Shown: positions 1 through 11,473, counted from the first letter of the stretch. The stretch: DNA of 47,723 bases from Candidatus Heimdallarchaeota archaeon (GCA_046761065.1 JBHIFL010000027.1:1-47723); one strand, 5' to 3'. Notes: generated by a model from the sequence alone, not told the origin. Made by a program: numbers and translations.

Positions 1-117
1 GGAAAATATCGCTATAGATGCATTCCCGTAGTTCAACTTTTAGGGCAACAAGCTAATAGGATGCCCTATCTTAGTTAATAAACCAAGGGAACCTGTTTTC
101 ATAAAGGAGTGAAAAGG

Positions 118-261
118 GTGAACCGTCTAGAATGTGGCGCTTCCCTCAGATGGGACCCGTTACAAGGAATTTTTAAGTGTGAAGCTTGTAGGAGTTCTTT
201 TTATTTTCATGCAGGACAATTACAAGTACTCTATCATCAAACATCCACTTCTCACAGCTAA
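118..261 (+). CDS. possible 47-aa zinc-ribbon-like microprotein (first Cys position is Arg)
   Basis: SD-like AAGGAGTG before GTG at 118; translation MNRLECGASLRWDPLQGIFKCEACRSSFYFHAGQLQVLYHQTSTSHS with RxxC...CxxC spacing; shorter than any ORF in the track. Confidence 0.3.
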   Translation: MNRLECGASLRWDPLQGIFKCEACRSSFYFHAGQLQVLYHQTSTSHS

Positions 262-429
262 TGCTGTGTGTATGCGGGAAAGCGACAATAACTAAGAACT
301 ATTTGGAGCGCAGGAGGATGCTACGACATACTGGCATTCTTGCTGGTATGCGTTTGTCTAATCCTTTGTATATGCGTGTAGTAGTTCACATAGACAAATA
401 TTCAACAGGTGAATGGACCACATCTCCAC

Positions 430-2106
430 CTAACCAAACAATTTCTTTCGAACAAATCTAAGAAAGGATTTGAAATTCAAGATACTGTAATTACCAAAAT
501 AGAGATCCGTGTCGGTAGCCAAGAGGGAGGTGTCTAGTTCTGGAACATTTTCAATCATTAAAGTGTCCTGTTTTGCGTCTGCCTCCTCCAGAAGCTGATA
601 AAGTTCCCTAGAGCGGTGCAAAAGTTGGTTCTTCTCAATATACTCTTCTTGTGTAAGGTAAGCATGCTTCACTTTAACATCAAGAAGCTTGTCTACGACT
701 TCATAAGTATACCAAACAAGCTCTTCGCGAGATAGTGTACCCTCATAATTTAGGTAGTTCTTCCAACAATTGCTGGTTAGCGCATCGTAATGAGATCTTA
801 GATCTTTGAACAATCGTTTAAAACCGTATTTCTGGGGATAGTCAAAAGCAAGGGACCCTGGATCCAAAAAAGGAGATAGTGGGGCAATAAAAAAGTGTAC
901 TCTTTCTCCAAAGGCTGAGATTTTTTGATCCAGATATGTTAAAATTCGATCCAGTTCTTCTTGAGTCTGTTTAGCAAGCCCTATCATATAATATAAATCA
1001 AATTTTTTGACTCCAGCACCTAAAGCATAAGTAATATTCTTTTCCAGTTCAGCATTTGAATATGTTTTTCCCTGATACTTTCGTATTTTTTCCGACCAAG
1101 TCTCTGGAGAGATCTGGAGGCTAAATTCAGTCAAACATGAAAGTTTCTCGAAAAACTCTTTTGGAGCCGGGTAATAAAGTTCGAAAATAAGAGGGAGATC
1201 TATCTGCTCTTTTTTTATCTGGGAAAAGATTTCTCTCCAATACTTCGTTCCAGCCTGTTGGAGCTCACTCAAAATAAACACGGGAATTTTCACATAGGAC
1301 TCTATTGCAAGTAAATCATTAATAATTCTCTCAGGACTCCGGAAGGCCGGTTCGCGTCTATTACAATATGTTTTGTAAAAATACTGGGACCCACCACATG
1401 TTAGACAATTCAGGGTACATCCTTTCACAGAAAAAATGGCAAGTAACGGATTTTTTAGGTATTCTCTGTAAGGAAATCTAAGTCTGATCCCCCTCACAGA
1501 AGATAACATATTCACAATGAACTTAAAATCCAATGTAAAGTCATCAAGGGATTCAGGAACGTAAGTTATCTCATTGTCAACCACTGTCTTGTCACGATAG
1601 ACTAGATTTGGAACTACAGAGTAATCAGGGTTGGTGGATTCCAGCTCTTGGAGTAATTTCAAAAGGGGTAACTCTGTGGAGTCACCCTTTATTACAAAAT
1701 CAACGACCTTTTCTTGGATTAGTTCATTCGCATAGTATGTAGAAGACAGCCCTCCAAACACAATTTTCGTGTCGGGCTGGATTTTTTTACAAACATTGGC
1801 TAGTTCAAGACTCCCATTGGCATGTACCAGCCAGTGGAGGTCAATCCCAAAGAGTGTCGTGTCGAACGAGGAGATAAGTTTTTCTACATTCAATTTCGGG
1901 TTTTCTAGCATGCGAAGAGCAATATTTGCTATCTCGACTTTGTAACCATACCGGTGGAGATATTCCGCAATGGAAATGAAACCCATTGGATACATTTCGA
2001 AGATGGGTGTGGAGGGAATTACATCACTAATCGGTCCCCACAAACTTGGCTTGTCCCGAAAAGTCCAAGAACTTGGAGCATGAAGCAGCAGCAGATCCGC
2101 TTTCAT
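430..2106 (-). CDS. B12-binding domain / radical SAM protein (Ta0216/TIGR04190-like)
   Basis: N-terminus DLLLLHAPS...GPISDVIPSTPIFEMYPMGF and GIDLHWLVH of the cobalamin-binding region; radical SAM motif CTLNCLTC (CxxxCxxC). Confidence 0.9.
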   Translation of the reverse strand: MKADLLLLHAPSSWTFRDKPSLWGPISDVIPSTPIFEMYPMGFISIAEYLHRYGYKVEIANIALRMLENPKLNVEKLISSFDTTLFGIDLHWLVHANGSLELANVCKKIQPDTKIVFGGLSSTYYANELIQEKVVDFVIKGDSTELPLLKLLQELESTNPDYSVVPNLVYRDKTVVDNEITYVPESLDDFTLDFKFIVNMLSSVRGIRLRFPYREYLKNPLLAIFSVKGCTLNCLTCGGSQYFYKTYCNRREPAFRSPERIINDLLAIESYVKIPVFILSELQQAGTKYWREIFSQIKKEQIDLPLIFELYYPAPKEFFEKLSCLTEFSLQISPETWSEKIRKYQGKTYSNAELEKNITYALGAGVKKFDLYYMIGLAKQTQEELDRILTYLDQKISAFGERVHFFIAPLSPFLDPGSLAFDYPQKYGFKRLFKDLRSHYDALTSNCWKNYLNYEGTLSREELVWYTYEVVDKLLDVKVKHAYLTQEEYIEKNQLLHRSRELYQLLEEADAKQDTLMIENVPELDTSLLATDTDLYFGNYSILNFKSFLRFVRKKLFG

Positions 2107-2788
2107 AGTTCTCTAACTGATTTTGTAAACCTTATGAACACTTCTTCTACGGAAATTTTTGAAAAGATTATACTTGAAATTAAAGTGCGATTGATATATG
2201 ATAAACAAATAAAAGGGTATCAAATCTTCAATTCCAAATCGTCTGTATGATAAGAAATAATAGACCATCCCTTGACCGTCCTAAAGACATAAAGGCCCCT
2301 GAAACCTCTTCTATTTAAAAGACTATTAAGAATAGAGACCTATAATCTACAACGATGGCGATTTCTTTTCTTTCTTCAGAACTTTCCTGTTTTTTATGTA
2401 TAAAAAAAATCAAGCATATTTTCAATAAGTATCAAAGGTTTAAGATTTTAAGTTACGATTCTACGAGTTTGTTATTCAAGAGAGATGCAAATGTCAGTTC
2501 AACACCGGAACGTTTCGTTAAGAGAGTTTCAACTTCGGAAAAGATATATCTCTTCTTTGTTTTTTTAGTCCCCTTTTCGGTCTTTTAAGCGAATTTATCA
2601 GAAAATTTTCACTTCAAACTATGAAAAAATCATTTATGGATGGTTTTTACATGAAAATATAAATGGAAAAATTTGAAAAAATCACTGATCGATACAAAAA
2701 AAAGAGAAATCTTTTTAATCTCAATAGTTCAAAATTATTTGGGCAAAATTGCTTCTGATACTGTTTCATTTGTAGGAGGAAAAATAAA

Positions 2789-4723
2789 ATTCCAGATTTT
2801 CAACGATCTCTTGATGATGCCTTAGTAGACTACTCTGCTAGTTCAATTCAAGTACTTGATGGCCTCGAAGCTGTGCGCCGCCGTCCTAGCATGTATATTG
2901 GAAGCACAGGCTCTCGAGGTCTTCACCATCTCGTCCATGAAATTGTTGACAACAGTATTGATGAAGCCATGGCAGGTTATTGTGACAACATTTCAGTAGT
3001 CATCTTCGAGGACAACAGCGTTTGTGTCACTGATGACGGACGAGGAATCCCTGTTGATCCTCATCCAGAATTTGAAACTTCAGCCCTTGAAGTCATCATG
3101 ACCAAATTGCACTCTGGGGGCAAGTTTGACCATAATTCGTATCGTGTGTCTGGAGGGTTACACGGAGTAGGGATTTCGGTGGTTAATGCGCTCAGCGAGT
3201 GGTTAGTGGTTGAAGTCTATCGAAACGAGACAAAGTACAAACAAACATATCTTCGGGGCATTCCAACAGGGGATGTCCTAGAACTCGGGCCTAGCGATCG
3301 CCGTGGGACCCAAGTTACCTTCAAACCCGATCTTGAAATCTTTGAAAGTATTGAATTTGATTTCGAAAAACTTGCAAGCAGGTTACATGAGCTAGCTTTT
3401 CTCAATAAAGGACTCACGCTCACGATCGAGGATAAACGCTCTGGAGAATTCCAGCGGTTCTACGAACCAGATGGTCTCGAATCATTCGTCAAATTCCTCG
3501 ATCGAAAAGCAGAGGTGCTCCATGAGCCGTTCTACTTTGAAATGACTGATGAAACCGCTCATCTTGTTGTTCAAGGAGCCATCCAATACACCACGGGGTT
3601 CTCTGAAAACATCCTCTCATATGTGAACAACATCCACACAATCGATGGGGGGACTCATCTATCAGGATTTCGAGCTGCTCTAACCCGTGCGATTAACGCA
3701 TATAATGACCGAATACAATCTTCTAAAAAGACAAAAACCCAAATTCGTCTGGCTGGAGAAGATGTCCGAAACGGCCTCACTGCGATCATCAGTGCCTATG
3801 TTCGTGACCCTCAATTTGAAGGACAAACAAAAACACGCCTTGGAAACACTGAAGTGGAAGGAGCTGTCGCCTCAATTGTTTACCAGGCGTTAATGGAATA
3901 TCTTGAACACAAACCTGTGATTGCAAAATCAATTCTTGCCAAGAGTCAACAAGCAGCTGAAGCCCGGATGGCTGCAAAAAAAGCTCGAGAACTGGTTCAA
4001 AGCAGGGTTACGTTGACTAAGGGCAAACTAGCGGATTGTACCTCTAAAAACACCGCCAAACGGGAGTTATTCATTGTGGAGGGGAAATCAGCTGGGGGGT
4101 CTGCCAAACGAGGACGGAATCGCGCAATTCAAGCCATTCTTCCGCTGCGAGGCAAGGTTTTGAATGTCTGGAAAGCGTCTGAATTGAAAATTTTCAAGAA
4201 CAAAGAAATTGAGTCGATCATTGCAGCGATTGGGGCGGGAATTGATGGGGGCGGAGAGATGGCGTTCGATATTTCTAAGAGTCGCTATGGTAAAGTTATA
4301 ATTATGGCCGATGCAGACATCGATGGAGCTCACATTAAAACGCTTCTTTTAACCTTTTTCTACCGCTATATGCGACCTCTGATTCAACAAGGCAAGTTAT
4401 ATGTCGCTTGGCCCCCACTATACCAAGTAAAATTGGGTAAGAATATAGAATACCTTTATGAAGAACGTGAGTTAGAGCAGCTCTTAGCCCGACATAAGGA
4501 TAAAAAAGTTATAATTCAGCGGTATAAAGGGCTAGGGGAGATGAATTACCAGCAGCTCTGGGATACTACAATGAATCCTGTCACTCGGCGTCTAGTCCAG
4601 ATTACAATAGAGGATGCAATATTAGCTGGCGAGATATTTGAACGATTGATGGGTAAAGATGTTCAAGAACGCCGAGAATTTATCATCCGTAATGCAAAAA
4701 CTGTCAAAAACTTGGATATCTAA
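2789..4723 (+). CDS. gyrB: DNA gyrase subunit B (track starts at GTG 2873, but the conserved N-terminus extends upstream; probable ATT start at 2789)
   Basis: YSASSIQVLDGLEAVRRRPSMYIG, EIVDNSIDEA, SGGLHGVG, Toprim EGKSAGGSAK/PLRGK/DADIDG, QRYKGLGEMN, C-terminal NLDI; followed by gyrA. Confidence 0.97.
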   Translation: MPDFQRSLDDALVDYSASSIQVLDGLEAVRRRPSMYIGSTGSRGLHHLVHEIVDNSIDEAMAGYCDNISVVIFEDNSVCVTDDGRGIPVDPHPEFETSALEVIMTKLHSGGKFDHNSYRVSGGLHGVGISVVNALSEWLVVEVYRNETKYKQTYLRGIPTGDVLELGPSDRRGTQVTFKPDLEIFESIEFDFEKLASRLHELAFLNKGLTLTIEDKRSGEFQRFYEPDGLESFVKFLDRKAEVLHEPFYFEMTDETAHLVVQGAIQYTTGFSENILSYVNNIHTIDGGTHLSGFRAALTRAINAYNDRIQSSKKTKTQIRLAGEDVRNGLTAIISAYVRDPQFEGQTKTRLGNTEVEGAVASIVYQALMEYLEHKPVIAKSILAKSQQAAEARMAAKKARELVQSRVTLTKGKLADCTSKNTAKRELFIVEGKSAGGSAKRGRNRAIQAILPLRGKVLNVWKASELKIFKNKEIESIIAAIGAGIDGGGEMAFDISKSRYGKVIIMADADIDGAHIKTLLLTFFYRYMRPLIQQGKLYVAWPPLYQVKLGKNIEYLYEERELEQLLARHKDKKVIIQRYKGLGEMNYQQLWDTTMNPVTRRLVQITIEDAILAGEIFERLMGKDVQERREFIIRNAKTVKNLDI

Positions 4724-4745
4724 TTAATTAAATCAAATTGAGAAG

Positions 4746-7208
4746 GTGTACAGCGTGAGCACCGAACTTGAACAGATTTCTATTGAAGACGAAATGAAGC
4801 ATAGTTACATTGACTATGCGATGAGTGTGATCGTAGGGCGTGCGTTACCGGATGCTCGAGACGGACTCAAGCCAGTTCATCGTCGAATCTTATATAGCAT
4901 GTGGGAAGAAGGCAACCGAGCACGAAGCAGGTTTTTGAAATGTGGGAAGACAGTTGGAAATGTGCTTGGCAATTACCATCCCCATGGGGATACTGCTATC
5001 TACGAAGCTATGGCTCGGATGGCTCAGGAGTTCTCTCTCCGGTATCCACTTATTGAGGGACAGGGTAATTTCGGTTCGATTGATGGAGATCCAGCTGGCG
5101 CGTACCGCTACACAGAGGCTCGAATGAATCGAATTAGCGAACTTTTAATGAAGGATATTGATAAAGAAACCGTCCCATTTCGCCCCACTTACGACGGGAG
5201 GTTACAAGAACCTGTGGTGTTACCTGCCGTCCTTCCAAATTTATTATTAAACGGGGCCTCAGGAATTGCTGTTGGGATGGCTACGAATATCCCCTCTCAT
5301 AATTTGAATGAGTTGGTTGACGCACTTACTGCATTTATCGATGATCCTGAGATCACACTTGATGAATTAATGCAATATATCCCGGGACCAGATTTTCCAA
5401 CAGGTGGGATCATCTATGGAGTTCGGGGAATACGACAGGCTTATGAAACTGGAAGCGGACGACTCATCCTTCGCGGAAAAGCAACAATCAAACGCAACAA
5501 GAGTGAAAAAGCACAGATCATCATAACAGAGATCCCGTATCAGGTTAAAACGGAAGATCTCATCAAACAGATCGGGACAGTCAAGGGAGCGAGTAATGTA
5601 ATTAATGAAGCAGATCAGGATAATTTAGTACGAATTCGAGTCGATATCGATCTGAACACCCCTCCTGAGATTGTCTTGAATCGCTTATTGCGTAGAACCT
5701 CACTTCAAATTACATTTGGTTGGAAAATGTTAGCGTTGGTGGATGATCAACCACGGATCTTAAATTTAAAAAATGTTTTCGAGGTATTCTTATCGCATAG
5801 GGTGGGTGTGACGAAGGCTGCTCTCACATCCGACCTAAATCAAATGAAGCGACGTGTTCATGTTCTCGAAGGTCTTTTATTGGCACTAGACCATATTGAT
5901 GAAGTCATCAAAATTATTCGCACCTCTGAAACCAATAAAGCTATCAGAACCACCTTACTCAAAACATTCCATCTAAGTGATGAACAAACCACAGCTATTT
6001 TGAATATTCGACTTGCTCAACTTGCCCGTCTAGAAAAAGCTAAAGTGGCTGACGAGTTTAAGGAACTTAATGAAAAGATATCGTGGTCCCAATCGGTACT
6101 TGCGGATGACCGCAAGGTGTATACGCTAATTAAAGAGGAGCTTTATGCCTTAAAAAAAGATTTTGGGGATGTTCGTCGTACTGAACTCATTCCCGAATTC
6201 CATGAGGCCTATGAAGCCTTGGAAGAAAAATCCCCCCGTGATTTCATCACAGAAACCCAAATTGTGATTGCACGAACCCTGAAAGGATATATCATCAGCA
6301 TGCCACTAGATGTATATAGGCGGCAACATCGTGGTGGCAAAGGGATCTATGCAATGGACATCCGGACCGATGATATGGCGGTCGATTTGATGGTGACCTC
6401 GAACTTTGATACTATTCTCTTTTTCACCGAATCCGGGAAAGTTCATGCCCTCCCAGGTTATGAACTTCCACAACGTAAGCGAGCTTCTCGAGGAATTGCT
6501 TTAGAGCAAGTTCTCGCAGGAATCGAAAAGGATGGAAAAGTGACCTCGGTGATTCCTATTTCGGAGTTTCGAGAAGATTGTTTCTTATTTCAAGTTACTG
6601 AAGCAGGATGGGTCAAAAAAACGCCCCTTATGGAATATGCACGAATAATGAAGGGGGGAAAACGTTCAATATTGCTTACAGCCGAAGATAAGCTTCGATG
6701 CGCCTTAATAACGCACGGTAATAATCAACTACTCTTGGCGTCAGAAAATGGAAAATCCATTCGCTTTCGCGAAACTGATGTCCGTCCTACAGGTCGTGCG
6801 TCTCGTGGGGTGCGGGGAATCAAACTCGAGCCAGGGGATCGTGTGGTCGATGCTGTTCTAGTACAAGACGACATGACACTTTTGACTGTGACAGAACAAG
6901 GTTATGGAAAACGGACCCCCTTCCCCAAGTATCGTGTGCAGCGACGCGGGGGAAAGGGGTTGATTAATATTAAAAGAACTGAGAAAAACGGAAATGTAGT
7001 CGCCTGCTTACGCGTCGATCAGGATGATGAAATCATGGCAATCAGCGCAAAAGGTAAGATTATTCGCATCCCGATAAAGTCAATCCGTTCTTATGTCGGG
7101 CGTGTAACACAAGGAGTACGAGTTATGAGCCTTGGTGAAGATGATTGTGTGGTTGGGGTAGCCAAAATTAAGGTTCCAAACGAGAAGAAGCCCCCTGAAA
7201 GCTCTTAG
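4746..7208 (+). CDS. gyrA: DNA gyrase subunit A (start may be GTG 4755)
   Basis: [34 protein letters not shown], catalytic RYTE, C-terminal beta-pinwheel repeats with GyrA-box-like QHRGGKG/QRRGGKG. Confidence 0.97.
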   Translation: MYSVSTELEQISIEDEMKHSYIDYAMSVIVGRALPDARDGLKPVHRRILYSMWEEGNRARSRFLKCGKTVGNVLGNYHPHGDTAIYEAMARMAQEFSLRYPLIEGQGNFGSIDGDPAGAYRYTEARMNRISELLMKDIDKETVPFRPTYDGRLQEPVVLPAVLPNLLLNGASGIAVGMATNIPSHNLNELVDALTAFIDDPEITLDELMQYIPGPDFPTGGIIYGVRGIRQAYETGSGRLILRGKATIKRNKSEKAQIIITEIPYQVKTEDLIKQIGTVKGASNVINEADQDNLVRIRVDIDLNTPPEIVLNRLLRRTSLQITFGWKMLALVDDQPRILNLKNVFEVFLSHRVGVTKAALTSDLNQMKRRVHVLEGLLLALDHIDEVIKIIRTSETNKAIRTTLLKTFHLSDEQTTAILNIRLAQLARLEKAKVADEFKELNEKISWSQSVLADDRKVYTLIKEELYALKKDFGDVRRTELIPEFHEAYEALEEKSPRDFITETQIVIARTLKGYIISMPLDVYRRQHRGGKGIYAMDIRTDDMAVDLMVTSNFDTILFFTESGKVHALPGYELPQRKRASRGIALEQVLAGIEKDGKVTSVIPISEFREDCFLFQVTEAGWVKKTPLMEYARIMKGGKRSILLTAEDKLRCALITHGNNQLLLASENGKSIRFRETDVRPTGRASRGVRGIKLEPGDRVVDAVLVQDDMTLLTVTEQGYGKRTPFPKYRVQRRGGKGLINIKRTEKNGNVVACLRVDQDDEIMAISAKGKIIRIPIKSIRSYVGRVTQGVRVMSLGEDDCVVGVAKIKVPNEKKPPESS

Positions 7209-7390
7209 ATAGAATACATAACCTGTAATAGACAGTCTCTGGAAGAATCACGCAATTATGCTTGAGAACCCTTAAGATTGGTGTTCAATCTTAAATCATG
7301 GGTGCCGCTTTCTTCCTGTAAAGTTATTTCTCATTAATTCCAAGGTAGAATACTCATTTAGAGTTCCTTATCTTTATTAGGAGCTGCAGC

Positions 7391-7960
7391 TTAGAATGCG
7401 CCAATAAATCCTAATATGAGAGCTGTAACAAGGCCTACTATGAGCATTTTGGTACCATTAAGCAATTTATTTTGTTCAGAAACTCGTCCAAGATAAATTC
7501 CCAACAAGAACAGTGTTCCCATATTGAAAGCGATACCTAACACATAAGCCATTTCGATATTGAACCCGAAAAAGAATGGTAATAATGTGATGCTCCCCGC
7601 TAGCGCGGGGGAGAGCCCATCGACAATGGCTGTGAGAATCGGGATTGTGCGTGCCGCATCCCCATGGATGGATCCCCTTAGATCCTTTAACATTGCCTTC
7701 TCTAAGTTTTTCAGTTCTCTTTCTCTTTCTGCACTTTCAGTCAAGTATGCACCGGTCATCCCAGAGATTCCCATCGCAAGGCACGCGCCCAGCCCTGATC
7801 CGATCACATATGCCGGATTAGTAATCCCCGCCATGAAAGATCCTGTAATAATTCCTAGAAGTGTCAGGGCTCCATCAAATCCATTCATCACAAAAAGTCT
7901 ACGGGCAATACTGCCAAAATCCGCAGCAGCAACTTGCCGCTCTAATTCTTTACCAAGCAT
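7391..7960 (-). CDS. VIT1/CCC1 family (Fe/Mn) transporter
   Basis: RRLFVMNGFDGALTLLGI, GISGMTGAYLTESAER; about 5 hydrophobic helices. Confidence 0.85.
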   Translation of the reverse strand: MLGKELERQVAAADFGSIARRLFVMNGFDGALTLLGIITGSFMAGITNPAYVIGSGLGACLAMGISGMTGAYLTESAERERELKNLEKAMLKDLRGSIHGDAARTIPILTAIVDGLSPALAGSITLLPFFFGFNIEMAYVLGIAFNMGTLFLLGIYLGRVSEQNKLLNGTKMLIVGLVTALILGFIGAF

Positions 7961-8349
7961 CTAGTTATTTAACACCTTCAAGTTCTGAAAAAGCGTTTTG
8001 AAATCGATTTACAAATTGAATTACATCGAACTCTGCAATTTCTTTATGAATTGAAAGAACTTCTTTAATTTTTTTTTGAACTTCAAGAATTAAGCTTTTT
8101 CGGCATTCCATAAAATGTTTTTTTAAGTCGTTTTTGTTTTATCGACTAAAGTATGGATTGAAAAACCAGAGTAGGTTTTACTCAAGGGAATCTTCTCCGA
8201 TTTTTCAAAGAAAAATCCTCCAGTTACGGTAGTTTTCATAACCCCTATCAGGAAGATAATAAATAAATGCGTTTACAGAACTGCGATTAGGAAAGAGTAT
8301 TAATTTACAGCTATGAAAAAATCCGTTACGAGATCAGGAGCGAAAGAAA

Positions 8350-9153
8350 ATGCTCGAAGGTCCAAGAATAATTGTTTGTTTCAAATATTCCCTAGATGTT
8401 GATGAGATTCAAGTGGATCCCAATACAAATACCCCCATACTTGAACAGGTGCCCCGAAAAATCAGTGATTTTGATAAAAACGCATTAGAAGCGGCTATTA
8501 AATTGAAAGAAGAACATGGCGGCGAAGTCATAGCTGTAACAGCTTGTTCAGTAGACCCTTCTAAAGGGGTCAAAGAAGCCTTGGCAATGGGCGCAGATAT
8601 GGTTTATATTGTGAGCGACCCATCCATCGAAGATTCTGATGCATTTATTACCTCTTTATTGCTGGCAAAGGCGATTAAGAAAATAGGAACCTTCGATTTG
8701 ATCTTTTGTGGCGAAGCAGCCATTGATGGGTTTGCTGGTCAAGTATCAGCAGGACTAGCGGAGTGGTTAGGTATTCCTCAACTCTCTTACGTTCGCAAGA
8801 TCTCCTTGGCAAATGGGAAAGTTGTTGTAGAACGCACCCTCGAAGAAGGATACCCCGTTCTTGAGACTCCGCTACCCACTCTAATATCGGTTACTGGAGA
8901 AATCAATGAGCCAAGAATTCCAAGTTTGATGATGATTATGAAAGCTGGGAAAAAGCCCACGACTTCATGGACCATCGAAGATCTAGGGCTATCCCCGGAA
9001 CGAGTAGGAGGTGCAGGTTCTCCAATTGAAGTGACAAAACTGGTTGTTCCTCCCTCTCAAAGGAAACAGATCCTGCTTGAAGGAGAGACACCCCAAGAAG
9101 TAGCAGAAAAATTGGTGGAGGAGTTAGATAAATTAGGAATTCTAGGAGCATAA
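8350..9153 (+). CDS. etfB: electron transfer flavoprotein subunit beta (FixA family)
   Basis: IIVCFKY, DFDKNALEAA, ALAMGAD, DLIFCGEAAIDG, INEPRIPS. Confidence 0.95.
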   Translation: MLEGPRIIVCFKYSLDVDEIQVDPNTNTPILEQVPRKISDFDKNALEAAIKLKEEHGGEVIAVTACSVDPSKGVKEALAMGADMVYIVSDPSIEDSDAFITSLLLAKAIKKIGTFDLIFCGEAAIDGFAGQVSAGLAEWLGIPQLSYVRKISLANGKVVVERTLEEGYPVLETPLPTLISVTGEINEPRIPSLMMIMKAGKKPTTSWTIEDLGLSPERVGGAGSPIEVTKLVVPPSQRKQILLEGETPQEVAEKLVEELDKLGILGA

Positions 9154-9157
9154 TAAC

Positions 9158-10135
9158 ATGGGAAATAACACGGAGAAAGGGATATGGGTATTTTCGGAAA
9201 ATAAAACGCTTGCACTAGAATTATTAGGGAAAGGACGAGAATTAACTGAAAAACTTCAGCATGACCTCATTGGGGTTTTAATTGGGGCTGATCAGAAAGC
9301 CCATGCGCAGACCCTGATAGATTATGGAGCGGACATCGTGCATGTAGTCGATACTCCGAGCCTGACGCAATTTTCTGCTGAACCTTATATCCAAGTGTTG
9401 ACTTATCTAGTGGAAACGTACAAACCTCTAGTTCTCTTAATTGGGGCAACAAAATTAGGACATGAGCTAGCTGCACGCATTGCAATTAGGGCGGGGACAG
9501 GTTGTGTGGCCTATTGTCTAGGATTGGATCTTAATTCGGAAAATCAGTTGATTATGGAGCGTGAAGTCTATGGTGGCCGTGCGATTGCCTCGGAGGTTTG
9601 TCGGATGTCCCCAAAAATTGCTTCAGTTCGTCCCAAAACATTTTCTCCTCGCGAAAGGGAAAGTCGAACAGGAAAAATTATTAAAGACACCGTTGAATTA
9701 GAAGAATCAAAGAGTAAACTCATAGAACTCAAGAAAAAAGAGGGAGGTGTTGAAAGCTTGACCGATGCAACCGTAGTGGTGATAGGGGGACGTGGTATTC
9801 AAAAGAAAGAGGATTATCACCTCCTTGAAGAGTTAGCTACGGTCTTGAGGGGTCGTGTGGGCTGGACACGGCCTGTAGTAGAGGATTTGAAATGGTTTCC
9901 TGGAACCGAGTGGGTTGGCCTCTCCGGCCAAAAAATAGCTCCCAAACTTTACATTTCTGCTGGTGTTTCGGGAGCAATCCAACATTTAGCAGGTATAAGA
10001 GGATCGAAAATTATCGTAGCAATTAATAGCGATCCGAATGCTCCAATATTTGAAGCTGCAGACTATGGAATTGTTAGGAATTTATATGAGATTATACCTG
10101 CTTTTATAGAGGCTTTAAAGAAACGATTAAATTGA
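9158..10135 (+). CDS. etfA: electron transfer flavoprotein subunit alpha (FixB family)
   Basis: VVVIGGRG, VGLSGQKIAPKLYISAGVSGAIQHLAG, AINSDPNAPIF; 4 nt after etfB. Confidence 0.95.
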   Translation: MGNNTEKGIWVFSENKTLALELLGKGRELTEKLQHDLIGVLIGADQKAHAQTLIDYGADIVHVVDTPSLTQFSAEPYIQVLTYLVETYKPLVLLIGATKLGHELAARIAIRAGTGCVAYCLGLDLNSENQLIMEREVYGGRAIASEVCRMSPKIASVRPKTFSPRERESRTGKIIKDTVELEESKSKLIELKKKEGGVESLTDATVVVIGGRGIQKKEDYHLLEELATVLRGRVGWTRPVVEDLKWFPGTEWVGLSGQKIAPKLYISAGVSGAIQHLAGIRGSKIIVAINSDPNAPIFEAADYGIVRNLYEIIPAFIEALKKRLN

Positions 10136-10258
10136 TAAATGCTGTAAATCACCCAAAAATTAGTTTATATCCTATCTGATCTGATTGGAGTTTCTCCCGT
10201 CTCAGTGAGAAAAAAACGAGAAGAGATTGGGTTAAAATCCTTCAGAGTTTTTCCTTCT

Positions 10259-11473
10259 CTAGACTCTTTTTACCATGTCCCAGAATTGTTTGCCTAGCAT
10301 TTCTCTAGCTATAATGATCCTCATTACATTTGTAGCTCCCTCGGCCCCAATCGAATAGGATCGCACGCCTCGAAGCCCTCTTTCTAATTCGGCCTCTTTT
10401 GTGTAGCCATACGCCCCGAACCAATCCATTACACTATTAATAACGTTGAAAGCTGTCATAGGACAGCGGAGTTTCGAGAGTGCAACTGCTTTGTTTGCAT
10501 CAGACATTCTAGCTTTCCCTTCATAAAACCGATCCAACATCCAAGAAGCTTTGTAAGCGATGAGTCTTGCAGCCTCAAGATCTGCATAAGCCTCGGCTGC
10601 TTGGAATTGAAGTCCTTGGAAAGCTGCTAGGGGTTGTCCAAAAGCTTTCCGTTCTTTGATGTAATCTAAACCCATTTCAAGACATGTCTGAGCTGACCCA
10701 ATACATGTAGCACCGATTATTGCACGTGCGTTATTGTACCCTTCCATTGCTTGATAAAAGCCCATCCCCTCTTCTAAGCCGTAATAACTGGGAGCTCGCG
10801 CTTCTTTCATAGCGAATGCGCCAGTTGAGATCCCCATACGTCCCATGTCCTCAAAGATCGAAGTAGTGGCGCGGCCATTTTCCACCTCATTCTTTAGGGG
10901 AAAAAAGATAAATGTCTGGCCTTTATGACCCATTACTGGATCCGTATAGGCATTAGTAAGGAAACCGCCACCCATAATAAGCGATTCTGCAACGCCACTA
11001 ATGTATGCTTTCTCGCCATTTAATACATAATCATCTCCTTCGCGTCGCGCGGTTACTTTAGTACCTGCAACGTCTGAACCACCTCCTGGTTCGGTCGTTG
11101 CTATGCCACAGACCCATTCACCTCGACACACTTTCGGCAAGATTTCTTCCTTGGCTTCGGCAGTTCCGTACTTTTCAATAAGGATAGCCCAACTTGCTTC
11201 AACCAAAAAGAAAACCGCAGTAGCTACACTAATATCTGCTCGTGCGATCTCTTCTCCAGCGATAGAAGCAAATATAAAATTCGCACCTTGCCCACCATAC
11301 TGTTCAGAGATCGTAATGCCTAACAAGCCCTGATCGGCCATGGCTTTAATGAGACCTGGAGGGATCTTTGCCGTTTCATCTATTTCCTTAGCTTGTGGAG
11401 TGATATTCTTCTGACAGAATTCACGCATAGCTTCTCTAAACAGCTCTTCTTCTTCACTGAATTGGAAGTCCAT
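10259..11473 (-). CDS. acyl-CoA dehydrogenase
   Basis: MDFQFSEEE, TTEPGGGSD, LNGEKAYIS, RKAFGQPL..FQGLQF, FGAYGY, IGAEGATNVMR. Confidence 0.95.
   Translation of the reverse strand: MDFQFSEEEELFREAMREFCQKNITPQAKEIDETAKIPPGLIKAMADQGLLGITISEQYGGQGANFIFASIAGEEIARADISVATAVFFLVEASWAILIEKYGTAEAKEEILPKVCRGEWVCGIATTEPGGGSDVAGTKVTARREGDDYVLNGEKAYISGVAESLIMGGGFLTNAYTDPVMGHKGQTFIFFPLKNEVENGRATTSIFEDMGRMGISTGAFAMKEARAPSYYGLEEGMGFYQAMEGYNNARAIIGATCIGSAQTCLEMGLDYIKERKAFGQPLAAFQGLQFQAAEAYADLEAARLIAYKASWMLDRFYEGKARMSDANKAVALSKLRCPMTAFNVINSVMDWFGAYGYTKEAELERGLRGVRSYSIGAEGATNVMRIIIAREMLGKQFWDMVKRV

Noticed and set aside
2355-2588. 77-aa ORF upstream of gyrB
   Set aside because: AT-rich, no SD, no motif; probably part of the divergent promoter region.
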